Positions 13,159-27,074 of a DNA stretch of 64,000 bases are shown here, in pieces. The stretch is from NCBI RefSeq assembly GCF_036321535.1, contig NC_087437.1:108564001-108628000 (forward strand), in the 5' to 3' direction. The stretch is from Camelus dromedarius. Lineage: Eukaryota. How positions within the stretch are numbered: position 1 is the stretch's first letter; the number at the start of each line of letters is the position of its first letter. The translations under genes were made by a program, and so were the position numbers. A model generated the notes under the pieces. The model did no database searches, had not been told where the DNA came from, and saw only the letters and a program-made list of their open reading frames with translations.

Positions 13159-13729
13159 CATAGTCTACCAGCTGAATTGGTTGATAAGCAAACTCAAGTT
13201 TTCATCGTGTGACTTCCTGAAGTCAAAGTAAGTCAGGACAGGTGAAGGAGAATAGCTCTCTTGTAAATAAAGTTTGCTTCCTGTATGTAGTCAATCTTCT
13301 CTTTGCAATAAAATGTTCTGTCAAGTAATAGGAAACTTACCTGTGGAGTTAAAGATCTTAAAGCTCTTTTGAAAATCAAAGTTTACTTTTATTGGTTCCT
13401 CCTACTATAAATGCTTCCATTTCCCTCTCAAAGAGTAGATTCTTCCACCATTATGTTATCCATCCTTACGTAATCAATGATTATATTTAATCTTAGAATG
13501 TCCATCAGCTTATTCCTGGTTATAATCCCCAAGTTTATAGTCTTCAAGGTATGGAGAAAAATAGCAAATAATATTTTATGTGGGTACAGGCTAGGTGGGT
13601 GCAACAATTAGTTTAAGTCGTATTACCAGAAGGATACTTATGACAGTCTCGACATTGTTTATGACCAAGGAAAATGATGTGTTTTTAAAGATAACAGTCC
13701 TTTGGGAAGCTATGATACCAAAAATAATT

Positions 13730-14025
13730 CTAAGATTATCAAAAAGGGATGCTGAATGTAAATCATACAAGTCTGCTGTTCCTCATGCAAAACTGGCTCA
13801 TACACTTGGAATACCATGAGCAATTCCGACTGCCTATCTCAGTGAAAACATAGCCAAACTGGAGGAAGGTCCAAGGAGGTTAACCAAAATTCTTCAGAGA
13901 ATGCAGGCATTTCTTAAACATGAGAGATTAAAAGAAGGAGAGTTAGAAGAGTGAATGAAGTCTTCAAAATCATGAAAGGTGTAGATGGCAAACAGAGTTA
14001 TTTACCAAATCCGAGAGTTCTCAAA
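13730..14025 (+). mobile_element. Ancient CR1/L3 LINE fragment
   Basis: cacttggaatacc..gcaattc..aacatagccaaactggaggaaggtccaagg..aaccaaaat..gaagtcttcaaaatcatgaaagg..ccaaatcc resembles the CR1 RT 3' region. Confidence 0.7.
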
Positions 14026-15964
14026 CTGTCTTTAACTTGCAGAACTCATGAACGGCACAATTCTAAAATATAAATTCAGGAAGGGTTTCTGGAAGAGCCA
14101 CAGTATAAGGTGAAACTCTGGGATGCATCTCCCTAATATCTCAAAGTGGCTGTTGTAAAAGACAACCATGTCTGGCATTAGTAAAATGCCCCTTGGTGCT
14201 GTCAGATGAAAGAAATTTCCTATGTCCCTATCTGTACACTTTAAATACAAAGATTATTTTGTGAAAATCCCTTGGCTTCTCCATTGTTCTGCCTATAAAA
14301 AGGATTCTACCTTTGCCTAATCTGTCTTCCTCTTTTCAGCCCTCCAAGGAGCTCTCACTTTAGCTAGACTGATTTCTTTAAGACATTTTTTTACGCAGAA
14401 AATCATGTGAGAGGCAGAGGAGAAAAGCATGGGAAATTAGAGTTCTGGGGCTAGAGGAGGAGTTTCCCCAGGTGAAGGACATTTGACAAATAAAGGCCAA
14501 GGTACACCTGCAGAGAATATGAACCATGGATGGGAGAGGGATGGGAAAAGGAATTTTTAAAGGCATTGATTTTGAGAGATGTGAGGGGTTTAAGTTACTT
14601 TGAAGCTAATTTTGGTTTTGGTACTGTGTTCTTTTGAACATAATATGCCCCAGACCTAACCAACCACACTTTATAAACTCCCCATGTGGGCTCATCCAAT
14701 ACTGCCATTTGGGATTCCTTGTTAAAACACCTAGAACTCTTAGTTAATATTCCTGCTCTACCACGTGACACTTTTCAGTATAAAGGGGTTAAATTAAACT
14801 CTTTGGAGGGCCTCATAAGTTAGGTAATTGAAGCACAAGAAAGAATCTGTCATCAAATGCCTTTCACTAAGTTAATTATAGATAAAACCAACATGAAGTG
14901 GTTAGAAACAGAGGTTAAAGTTTCACTCGCTTGGACTTTGTATAATAATGAATTAAACTTCTGGACCGTATTGGCATTCTGCTGGGAAGTTGAATTGGAA
15001 ACAGAAAAACTAGCCAATGAGTGGTCTGATTTTGTTCTTGAAAGTAAAAGTAACACAGGCCCACCAAGACTTTAACCTCTCTGCTTTTAAAACGTCATTT
15101 GTGATAGGAACCGTGCAAATGAATAAGAGAATCTATGTACGTTTTCTCGAGTTATTTTCTCTGTATGTGTATGGGTGAAAAATCTCCTAAATGCTTGATA
15201 ACTCAGACACTGTGAATGCAGTTCAGCACTGATTCATTTCTCGAAAAACTAACTTACGCTACAAACCCAGAAATCACATCACCTTCAAAAGCAGCCAGTA
15301 CTAGGGAGGAGGAATAGGAGTAACAGAAGAGAACACAACAGAAAAGAATCAGAGGACAGTGAGCGCTACAAACGTATGGAAAATGGAATGAATGAAAAAA
15401 GTCAGTTTTCTCTTTTCTCTACTGGGGAAGAATCAAATTCAGCTGCTTCACATAAAATACACTTGCTTTTTTTTTTTTTAAGATTTCAGGTAACACATTC
15501 CTAAGCTAAAGCCATATGCAAATTCCAAGTTCTTCTCTAAACAGGCCTTATGTTACATTGTTCATGAGAAAATGCTCTTTTTTAAACTATGTGGTTAATA
15601 CCTCTCACATTCCATGATAAGATTTTATAACCCCTTCCCACTGCTGGTGGCACTTACGCACTGAAAGCAGTCAGACTCTAGGGCCTTGTTAGTTTTTACT
15701 TTCCTTCTGCAGCTACTATAAACTCTAGACTCTAATTTTTAATATGTTCACTATTAAAGTATATTAGCTAAAAACTTTAGGTACATTTAATAAAAAATAA
15801 AATAAAATAATTTTTAAAAAAAGGTCCCTGCCACACTCCCCTCTGGCAATACCCTCTTTTCCTTCTCAAATACCATGTCCTCTTAATTGTTTCTGAGGAG
15901 AAGGAAGAAGCTGTCACTGTTGTATATGACTTAGAAATAAGAAAATATTCCAGAGAGAGAGAGA

Positions 15965-16410
15965 GACATTATCAGTGCCTTTAGCACTCATTTTTCCCTG
16001 TTCACCAACTGCAAATATCTACAACTTCTGTATGAGGGGCCCTCTGGCTGCTGGAGTTTATTTGGCCCAGAAGCAGAGCAGGCCATAGCAGAAGTCCTGG
16101 GGAGTCAAGGGTTGAGCAGCCCTCAACCAACCCCTGACTCACCAACAGTAGAGGACCATCTCAATCTCCCCAGCATCCTTGCCCTAAGGTGCAGCAGCCC
16201 TGAGGCCTGTTCTGCACAGCTTCTCGGAAGCCCCAGAGGGAAGAAGCCCTGGGTGTCTGAGAAGTAACACACTTCTTCTGGCTTCCTTCCCTTCCCTGTC
16301 TCCATCCCCCACTCCCTGAAAGGCACTTCCTGGAATTTCCTCCCAAAAGAGATGACTTGCCTCCAAATCCTTATCTCAGGATCTGCTTCTAGGGGAGCCC
16401 AATTTAAATC
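15965..16410 (+). mobile_element. ERVL LTR16-like solo LTR
   Basis: cttccttcccttccctgtctcc..cctcccaaa..caaatccttatctcaggatctgcttctaggggagcccaa terminus. Confidence 0.75.
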
Positions 16411-17119
16411 AGCAAGAATCATCAAAAAAGTTCTAGAAACTACTGACCTAAAGGAGAATGATAGGAACAACTGCACTTTAATGCAAGTCTGTCTATGAGA
16501 TAAACACCAGAACGAGGCAGTTTAGAAACAATTTGACAGGGCTCCAAAAAACTTCAGAGGGAAGGTAGCGTTTCAAAGAGGCCTCAAAGGATGGATACGA
16601 ATTCAGCTGAGGCAGACGTATTTAGAGGATATTTGAGGCAGAAGGACCAACAGAATAAAAACCAAAAAAATGTCATATGCTCAGAGTGAGAAGGGAAATA
16701 ATAAAGATGAGAAAGGAATGTGGTTCAGAGCCTTGAATATGATGCTAAATCTTCAGAGCATTAAATTCATTCTCCGGGGAGAAAATAACTGTTTGATCAG
16801 GGGATTCATAAATTATAGTTGTTTAGAAATCCATGAATATAACATGTAAGATAGAGTTTCAGAAATAATTAAAAATAGTGTGAAATTTTCAAATTTCTCA
16901 AGTCTGTAATAAAGCTAAAGAAAGATGTGGAATAGGGTAGAACGATCGTGGGCAAACCTAATATTTTCGTGTATTTGAGTTTGCAGAGATACATGCATAT
17001 GAACCTTGATGCTCTTTCGTGAATGAAAGTAAGTTGTTAGGCAAAATGTACACTGTGGTTTCAGATCCGTGAAACATGTCTGCATGTAAATAAGGACAAG
17101 TTACTCTGCAAAGTTGGCA

Positions 17120-18295
<1,176 letters not shown>

Positions 18296-19068
18296 AGTTA
18301 ATTTGCCTCAGGCATCTGGTTAATCATTTTAGGTGCATTATCTATTTATGTCCATATACAGCTAAGAAAACGAAAGCTGAGAGTCAGTCAGTAATAACAG
18401 ACCTGGAATTTACTCCCAAGTCCATCTGACTTGAGCTAACAACTCCTGGCCACCACCTTATACTGCACAGCAGAATAATAAGTAACATTTATGGAGCTGT
18501 GTTCATATTAACAGTTATGGGACCCTTTCTCTATTTCTCAAATTTTTCTGTTACATCATTGTCCTGATACCTCTTCAACAAAAGTGTCTTCTGCTTGATG
18601 GAAGATTTTTCTAAGCTTCATCTTATCCAGGTTCTAATTTATTGATTGATTTCTTAGCATCCTTTTCCAACTTGGTTATTTGACTTCCCACTGCCCCGTA
18701 CTGTATCATTCCAAATATATTTTTCCTACTCTTCCCTATGTTATCCCTTAATTTTTGCAAAGCTGCAATAAAGTAGGAAAATATGCCCATTAGGTCTTGT
18801 CAATTTTGTTCAAAATATAAATACATTTTCCTGGACAGGTAGGGTGTGGACAGTGTTTTGAAATAGGGCAGGATGAGATGAGAATGAATTGTATGTAGAA
18901 TGAGGACTAGGAAAAATCAGTTCCAATTTGGAAACAATGAAACCAGATAACATTCTTAGTTCAAAGAATAAACTTTAGTGTAAGATTATCTACTGGGACC
19001 TGGGATTGTGTAATTCACAGAAGGCTAAGCACAATTTTATTTTTTAAAAAAGAAAGTAAATTATTTGA

Positions 19069-19366
19069 TGCATAGGGGGCGAGACCTTCTATTTGATGTA
19101 ATGTGTAGACATCACAGAGAAGTTTGACAGAAGTCTGTGTGCTCTTGTGTTCATTGTATACTTCCTCATGGCTTCCTTTGGATTATTATACTGATTTAAA
19201 TTATTGAGCTTAGTTTATTATTCATTTTCTCTTAACTTTAGCATGCAAATATAATATCATTTGGCCATGTTTGATGTTTCCTGATCATTTAAGATTTTTG
19301 TTCCAATAAATTAAAACAATATTTTATTCCATTAAAAGTATTTTTTGCAACTTAAAAATAAAAAAG
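19069..19366 (+). pseudogene. Retroposed mRNA 3'-UTR fragment (5'-truncated processed retrocopy), parent unknown
   Basis: 21-bp perfect direct repeat aaaagaaagtaaattatttga at 19048-19068 and 19367-19387; AATAAA 19305, ATTAAA 19331; A-tail from 19354; TTTT/AA target. Confidence 0.8.
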
Positions 19367-20147
19367 AAAAGAAAGTAAATTATTTGAGAAGATTTATCCA
19401 AAGGAGAGTTCTGTGTAATGGATAAACTTGTATAATAACAGAATCACTATATTTTAAATGCTGCTGTTTTCTTGATGAAATTAGAATCACAATATATACA
19501 TATATTCTGTTGGTTTCAAACAAAAGGCCGTTTGAAGAGACAAGGGTGAAGTCCCGGCGAATTAAGAAAATTAGGTCAACTTGATTAATGATGAGACAAA
19601 AGAATAGATGGAAATACCATTAATTCTTGCATAATCTGTCACTGATTGTGTACAGCAAGCCAAAGTGTGAGCCAGGGTATTGTCCTGGCCCACAGCCTTG
19701 TGCCTTTATCCCAGAGAAATGTGCTTATGCCCCACACAGCCAGTTCCCCCAAAAAGGCAACTCTGGACACCCTAGCCGTATTCACACAAGAGTCCTGGCC
19801 TTTGAAACTCGCTTCCTCTTAGGGGCTCCTCCTCAGGTGACCTTCTCTCTCACCCCTGCCAGTGCTCTGCATCTGAGCGTCACTAGGTCTGGGGCTCTGC
19901 TGCTTGTACCTCTCCCCCAAGGTTCAGCCCTGCTCATTCTCTGGCTCTCTGTGCTTGTAGCTGATTCCACCCAATCAAGCCCCACTGTACATTCCCATAG
20001 CTGCTCCACTCACCGGGAGCGGGCAGTTCACCATATGTAAGCAATCATCCGTGTGATGAAGTTTGAAGGAACCTGGTGGCTTCCCAACTGCTCATCCACA
20101 TCCACTAGAAACATCTCTGAATATGCAGACGCTATCAGAAAAGAACA

Positions 20148-21306
20148 CGGCCGATCCTCATTATTTCTGGTCTTGCCTACTCACTAAGATTTATTTGTAG
20201 CCCCAAAATCAATACTTTGGAGCTTTATGGCCAGTCCTGGGTATGCACAAAACAGCAGACGTTTAGCTTCCTCACATACACATTCCCAGCTGAGGTCAGT
20301 CAAGGCAGTACTCTGCCTCTAGCTTTGTTCTCTGCCTATGAGATAAGTGACCTTTTGCAGTCTAGTTACTGCCATGTGTTTTGCATGTTTGTGCTTTGGG
20401 TTGGTGATTTCACTGTTTAAAATGAAAGGTACAACATAGGGAATATTATCAATAGTAATGTAATGTCTTCATATGGTGACAGATGGTAAGTAGACTTATT
20501 ATGTTGACCATTTTGAAATGTATAGAAACGTCAAATCACTATGTTATGCACGAGGAACTGACACAGTGTTGTAGGTCAATTATAATTCAAACAAACAAAC
20601 AAACAAACTCATGGAGAAAGAGATCTGATTTGTGGTTACCAGAGGCAGGGGGCGGGAGGGGGCGGGAGGGAGCGGGAGTTGGACAAAAGCAATCAAAAAG
20701 TACAAACTTCCAGTTATAAGATAAATAAGTACTAGGGATGTCATGTACCACCTGATCAATAAAATTAATGCTGCTGCTGTGTTATATGTGACAGTTAAGA
20801 GAATAAATCACAAGGAGAAAATATTTTTAAAGTTATTTTTCTTTAATTTTGTATCTATATGAGATGGTGGATATTCACTAAACTTGTGGTCGTCATTTCA
20901 TGAGGTATTCAAGTCAAATCATGATGCTGTACACCTTACTGTAGGTCAATTATATCTCAATAAAACTAAAATATATAAATAAATAAATAAATAAATAACT
21001 CACCATGCTTAGCACTGAAGTACTGTCTAGAATACGTATTAAACAAGCTTCATTTTTAGGCATGAGTTACAGTGCTATTGGGCATGAGTTCAAGGTTAAA
21101 GAATCAACAATATATGGTAAATAAGGTACCTTTAAACAGAAATACAGAAAACAAAGTTATATATTGGACAGTTGATGGAAAATACTGTGACCAGAGGCTC
21201 AGGAACTAAACTGTACTTCCTCTAGGAGCAATGCTTTCATACTTGCTAATTCAGTGTTTGCAGAGACTTTAAAAACATAGCTACCTTGGATAACAAGCAT
21301 TGATCC
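20148..21306. mobile_element. Tigger4 (Zombi)-like TcMar DNA transposon split by L1
   Basis: gcctactcactaagatttatttgtagccccaaaatcaatact..ttcccagctgaggtc..; resumes ctgaagtactgtctag..gaccagaggctcagg..gctaattcagtgtttgca. Confidence 0.85.
20425..20998 (+). mobile_element. L1 3' UTR (L1MA9/Laurasiatherian type) nested in Tigger4
   Basis: gtggttaccagaggcagggg..tacaaacttccagttataagataaataagtactagggatg..tatatctcaataaaact followed by (TAAA)n tail. Confidence 0.85.
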
Positions 21307-21636
21307 TAACTTCATCACTGTCAGGTCCCTGGGGGTTACAACACAGAACGGACAGTAATGTGGAAGTAGAAAGCCCTGGAGGGTAGGTTTGGGTGGTCCC
21401 CACCCTGAGATCCTGACCACAGTGGGCAGTGTTGTGCCAGCTGGAAGGAACACCTCGCACTGGAGTTTGAGGAACCCTGGAGACAAACTTGAATCCTTCT
21501 CAACATTTCTGGAGCTCAGTCCTATTCCTAGATTAATAGTATTACTCAGGTAGTCTGCCAATTGTGCAACATAAACTCTCCATGGCAAAGAGATACTATA
21601 TCAGAATGCTCATCTTAATGTTTGACATTCTACATC

Positions 21637-21925
21637 TGCACTGCCCAATACAAGAGCCAACAGCCAAAAGTGTCCACTGAGCACCAGATGTGGCTAGTCC
21701 AAGTGTAACATATGCACTGATGTCAAAAACACAGGATGATAAAAAAAAAAGTACAATATCTTGTGAATAATTTTTGTATTGATTACATACTGAAACATTT
21801 TTCTATGGTGAGTTAGATAAAATGTATTCTTAAAATTAATTTCATCTGTTTCTCTTTTACCTTTTTAAAATATGGCTTCTATAAAATTGTAGATTTTATG
21901 ACAGTTTAACAGTATTTTCTATTGA
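21637..21925. mobile_element. MER33/MER3-like hAT MITE
   Basis: cactgcccaata..ctgagcac..atgtggctagtcc..aaaattaatttcatctgtttc. Confidence 0.7.
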
Positions 21926-22424
21926 TTTTCAATATATTTTCCTGTGTGTTCCCACATTATAAATTTCCTTTTAATGAGACCTCAATTAAAAGTTTGCAAA
22001 GTGGATAAACTGGTTCATTAGTAGAGAAAGAATTATGCTGCTTAATACTGAATATCATTGTTGTGCAAAATGGAAAAAAAAATAAAAGCAGCAGTAAAAT
22101 TATATACTGAAAACACCAAAAATTTTGATGCCTTAATAGTGTATGTGTGAAAATACTCAACTATCCCTTTTGAAATAGTTCCTTGGATGGCCTGGTGGTT
22201 AAAATATGATCGATCTTATTCAAAGCCCCCTCTGCCAAAATTAACAGTTCACTTCCCCAAAGGTAAAAGCTTCAAAGACCCAGCTATGTAAATAAAGCCT
22301 GAATTCTGGACCTGTGACCCTGCCAATCAACCAATCAGTTGCGTAGTGATTCCCATTATGTTTGCATCAGACAGTGCTGATCTAGAACCAATAGCTAAGC
22401 TGTGAGAATTTATAATCCTGTATA

Positions 22425-22640
22425 GTAGCCAGCACTTATCTCCTGCTTATTCTGAACCAGGCACTGTTCCAAGAACTTCATATACATGAATTAATCTTCA
22501 TAGGAAGACCTGAGGTAGATACTATTGTTTTTCCTCCTTTCTCAGGTAAGAAGACTAGCAAAGAAAGATGAGGTGATTTGCCCTAGGTCACATCAGATTT
22601 GAGCCAGATTTGACCCAGGTAACCAGAGATCACATTCTTA
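22425..22640 (-). mobile_element. MIR SINE
   Basis: ccaggcactgttccaag..ttaatcttcata..gaggtagatactattg..atttgccctaggtcaca. Confidence 0.75.
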
Positions 22641-23689
22641 ACCCTTATATATACACACACAAATAAATGTCTACTTGTTGCAGTCATCAAACCTTTGAAA
22701 TAAAAATTAATTATTGGTAGAAAGAAGACATTGTTTAAGCCTTCATTGGCATTCTCTGAAGATATAAACAGACACGTCTACAAAGGACAATCACTAACTT
22801 CCAAAAGTTAACAAGATTTTGCAAGGGGGAAACACGGAGTCATCATGAGTTTCAGGATATTGTTTTATCTTTAGAACTCGTGTAGAGAGGTCAAAAAGTA
22901 AGAAGAAATAGTGGAAAAGAGAATAGTAAATAATAATAAGATAAAAGAGAATATTAAATAAAACTTTTAAATGAGGAGAGTTTAGGGATAATTTTTAATA
23001 AAAACTAAAAAATGTAATGCACAGTGAAGTCCCAAGATTTCAGATGAACGAAGATTTTCTAAGTAAATGAAAAGCTAAGTCAACAGGAATAGGAGTCTGA
23101 TGGAAAATTCAGGAAACTGCAAAATAAATGGAATGGGCATTTGTAAAATAAGCTGCCCAGGCTACCTGTATAAAATTGCTTGTTTGTTTTTCCAAAAGTC
23201 ATTTGAAAAGTCTGTGGATGAGTTATTTCTGTTTAAAGAATAATGATTATATCCATTTATCAGCCAAAGGACATTGAAATCGTTCCTGTTCTGGTTATTT
23301 CTGGGGAGGAAGGCATCCAGGAGAGGCAGTGAAGGAGGTTTAACTCCCTTTTATACCCAAGGGATCTTCATCTCCAAAACCTGCTACAGGTCTTGTAGAT
23401 TTTACTTTAAAACACTGAGAACACTTAGTCTACATGTCACCACCCCTCTGCATCTCAGCCATCTCCTCTGTCATACAAGGAAGCCTGGCATGGTGGCGAG
23501 TGGTACAGCAAGTCACTTGCCTGGGAGTCAAAGACTACATTGTAAGTCCTTCTCTGTTACTTACCATCCCAGGGATCTTGGAACATCACAGAGTTTCCAA
23601 GGGCCTCATTTCAAAAAAGAGAGGGTGGAAGAAAAGCAAGACATAAGAATAGTGTTTAAAAATCATATAATAAGCTCAATAGTAAACAT

Positions 23690-24590
23690 TTTTTTAAAAG
23701 GCTAGTAATCTGATTAAAAAAGGGGCCAAGAACTCAAATAGACATTTCTCCAAAGAAGAAATAGAAATGGACAAGTACATGAAAAATGCTCAATATCACC
23801 AATTATCAGGGAAATATAAATCAAAACCACAATGAGATTGTCACCTCCCATCTGTCAAGATGGCTGTCATCAAAAAAGAAAAAACACAAAAGACAACAGG
23901 TGTTGGCAAGAATGTGGAGAAATTGAAACACTTGCACACTGTTGGTGGAAATGCAAAAAAATGGTGTAGTCACTATGGAAAACAATCTAAAGTTTCCTCA
24001 AAAATTAAAAATAAAACCTCAGTATGATTCGACAGACCCACTTGTGGGTGTTTATCCAGAAGAATTGAAATCAGGATCTCAAAAGAGATAGAAGCATTCC
24101 TGTGTTAATTGCAGCACTATACACAACCACCAAGATATGGAAACAACCTAGTGTCCAGCAACAGATGAATCAATAAAGGAAATGTGATATGTACATGCAA
24201 TGGAATACTATTCAGCCCTTAAAAAGAAGAACATTCTGCAATATGCAAAAACATGAATGAAACTTGAAGACATTATGTTAAGTGAAATAAGCCAGTCACA
24301 GAAAGACAAATACTGTATGATTCCGTTTATATGAGATATCTCAAATAGTCCAATTCATAAAATCAGTGAGTGGAAGGAATAGTGGTTATCAGGAGCTGAG
24401 CAGAGGGGAAAAATGGGACATTCCTAATCACTGGGTATAAAGTTTCAGATAAGCAAGATGAATAATCTTTAGAAATCTTCTCTACAACATTATACCTACA
24501 GTGATATACAACAACGTACTGTACACTTCAACACTTAAGGAGCTAGGTCTTATGTGAATTGTTCTTACCATCACAAAATAAAATAAAAAT
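23690..24590 (+). mobile_element. 5'-truncated L1 (L1MA/MB-like)
   Basis: atagacatttctccaaagaaga..tcaaaaccacaatgaga..aagtgaaataagccagtcacagaaagacaaatactgtatg..gttcttacca and A-rich tail. Confidence 0.9.
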
Positions 24591-24684
24591 ACACACTACA
24601 ACTATATATTAATTAATCAAATTATCTAACAAAAAGTAAGTAAAAGCTTCTAAAAAACTATAACAAATCTTTGCTCTCTGACTT

Positions 24685-24925
24685 CTAGTTTAAGACCTTG
24701 ACCACATTACCTCTGGGAGTCTTATTTCTTTTTTTTTTTTTTTTTTTTGAATATCATATACCTGCTTTTATTTGACATCAACTGATGTCTGATAGGGAGT
24801 CTTATTTCTTCACCTATAAGATGTAGATGATCACATACCTCACAGGACAGATAAAACAATAAAAGGAAGTCATCTTTGTAACTACTTAGCATCATGTTTA
24901 ATACATAGTAAGAGCCCCCAAAATG
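24685..24925 (+). mobile_element. MIR SINE carrying a small retro-insertion
   Basis: gaccttga..acctctg..tttcttcacctataagatg..atacctcacagga..cttagcatcatg..acatagtaagagc. Confidence 0.65.
24731..24794 (-). pseudogene. Young ~46-nt retroposed RNA 3' end plus poly(A)
   Basis: 16-bp perfect TSD gggagtcttatttctt at 24715-24730 and 24795-24810; uninterrupted T run to 24748; minus-strand AATAAA (plus-strand tttatt at 24767-24772) 18 nt before the tail. Confidence 0.85.
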
Positions 24926-25922
24926 ATTTTTAAACAGTCATGATGCTGAAGCTTCTTTCCAGCTCAGACATTCTATGGGTATAAGCAGCCAGCACTGCCT
25001 TGCCATGCTATGTCTTTTTTTTTTCCGACCCACGTCTGTTCCTTATTAAAACATTGCAATGTTGCAGAGAAGGAACAACTTATTCAGCAACTTTGAGCAT
25101 CAAAAAGCAAACCAACTGACACCAATGCCCCAGTGATGATTCTGAGTGTCCCAAGTGGCCCCCATCTTTTCCGATAGAAGAAGTGATGGTGCCACTTGCT
25201 CAAGGTCACACGGGTGGAGGATCCGTCCCAGAGAGTTTTGAAATTCAGGTCCCCCTCAAAGTTCTCTGGCTGTACTCATCAATAACTCATAAAGTTATTA
25301 ACACTCTTATTATTGCTCTCTAATTTTGGTTTTCTCCAACTGGAGTTATAAGCATACCTCCCTGCTCAAAGCTCAAGGCCAAATGCAGGGTAAGAGTATC
25401 TGTTCTCACTGGCAGAAGCCTCTGTTTTAAAAACTTCTCTTAAAAAAATAGAGCATCGTTTATAAGCTTTAGACCGCTGCAAAAAAAAAAAAAAGTAATA
25501 TGCAAATTAGACATTTTATAACTTTACAGTTAATAATAAAGGCAGTACTCCAAACCTCAGCCAGACATTTACATAATTGTATTACTAGCATGTGTGTGAG
25601 CCATAATGAAAGTTCGGGGGGAAATCTTGCTTATTTCCTATTAACTCCATAATAGAACATGACTCTTATTTGCCCTTACAAATAAAGCTTAACCGTCGTT
25701 TAAAAACCAGACACCACACTTGGGTTCTTTTATGGTTCCTGGCTTCCATGAGGGAGCAGTGTCAAATTTCATAAGGAAAAAATGTTTAATGAAAAATTGT
25801 GATTGTTCCAAAGGAAGGGCATTAAATACCCAACTTTTATTATGTCTGCATTTGGTTTCTGGCTTTTGACAGATCAGCTTCTTACTACACTTATCGTCTC
25901 CTTTTAACATTAATTTCTTCGA

Positions 25923-26396
25923 TTACTCAACCGTTAAAAAAATAATGAAATAATGTCGTTTGCAGCAACATGGATGGATCTAGAGATTATCATATTGAGA
26001 GAAGTAAGTCAGAAAGAGAAAGACAAATATCATATGATATCACTTATATGTGGAATCTAAAAAAAAAAAAAAAGATACAAATTCTACTTACAAACCAAAA
26101 ACAGACTTATGGACATAGAAAACAAACTATGGTTACCAAAGAGGAAAGAGCGGGGAGAGATAAATTAGGGGTTGGGAATTAACAGACACACATTACTACA
26201 TATAAAATAGATAAACAAGGACCTACTGTATGGCACAGGGAACTATATTCAATTTTTCTATAATAACTTACAATGGAAAAGAATTTGAAAAAAGAAAAAA
26301 AATATATATGTATATGTATAACTGAATCACTTTGCTGTACACCTGAAACTAACATTATAAATCAAGTATACTTCAATAAAAAGTTTTTAAAAAATG
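25923..26396 (+). mobile_element. 5'-truncated L1 3' end
   Basis: tttgcagcaacatggatgga..aagtaagtcaga..actgaatcactttgctgtacacctgaaact; TSD attaatttctt(c/t)ga at 25909 and 26397. Confidence 0.9.
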
Positions 26397-26607
26397 ATTA
26401 ATTTCTTTGAGGTCAGTTTTTCCCAAATCTTTTTATCTACACTCAATACAGACAATCAGCTGATAGTCCTGACAATTCCACTCTGATCACTTAATTAATT
26501 AGTTAATAGTTCTCGAGTGTCCTGAAAGCCAACCTAGCTCTCAATAAACACATGCTAAATTGAATTGAAATTAAATTTATTCCACTTAAGAAAATAACTT
26601 ACAGCGA

Positions 26608-26850
26608 ATATCTTAGTTTGTGCCCCTCCCCAAATGCAGATCCCGTGATAGAACTTGAGTGCAGGTAGTTTATTTGGGAAGTGATCTCAGGAAGCATGAG
26701 TGAGGCAGTGAGGAAAGAGAGACAGGGAAGGGAGATAAGCCAAACAGGGTGCATTAATGAGATGGGTAACTGCTGTGGGACAACCGGGCTTCAGACTCAG
26801 CGGGGACACGAAGAAGAACCATCTGAATGGAACTTCATGAAATTCCAGGT
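26608..26850 (-). mobile_element. ERVL LTR16-like fragment
   Basis: tcttagtttg..gagtgcaggtagtttatttgggaagtgatctcaggaagca..gagacagggaaggga. Confidence 0.75.
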
Positions 26851-27074
26851 GTTTCCCCCACGCAGCCATCTCTGCACTCATGCTCTCATCCACACATTAC
26901 TGGCTTCCCAGGGACTGTAAACTGGAGTGAGGACTTATGTTCTGCCAATTCTCAGACTGGAACACTGCAAGTTCCACCACCCCCTGACCCCATATCCCAT
27001 CTACAGTCAGAGGCAGGTCCATGCACTATGACTCTTCAAAGCAGTGTTCTCTGTCACCCTCAATGTACAGGTTA

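Noticed and set aside
22525..22552. Plus-strand pyrimidine tract-CAG|GTAAGA motif
   Set aside because: Derived from the antisense MIR core; shows that such motifs arise by chance
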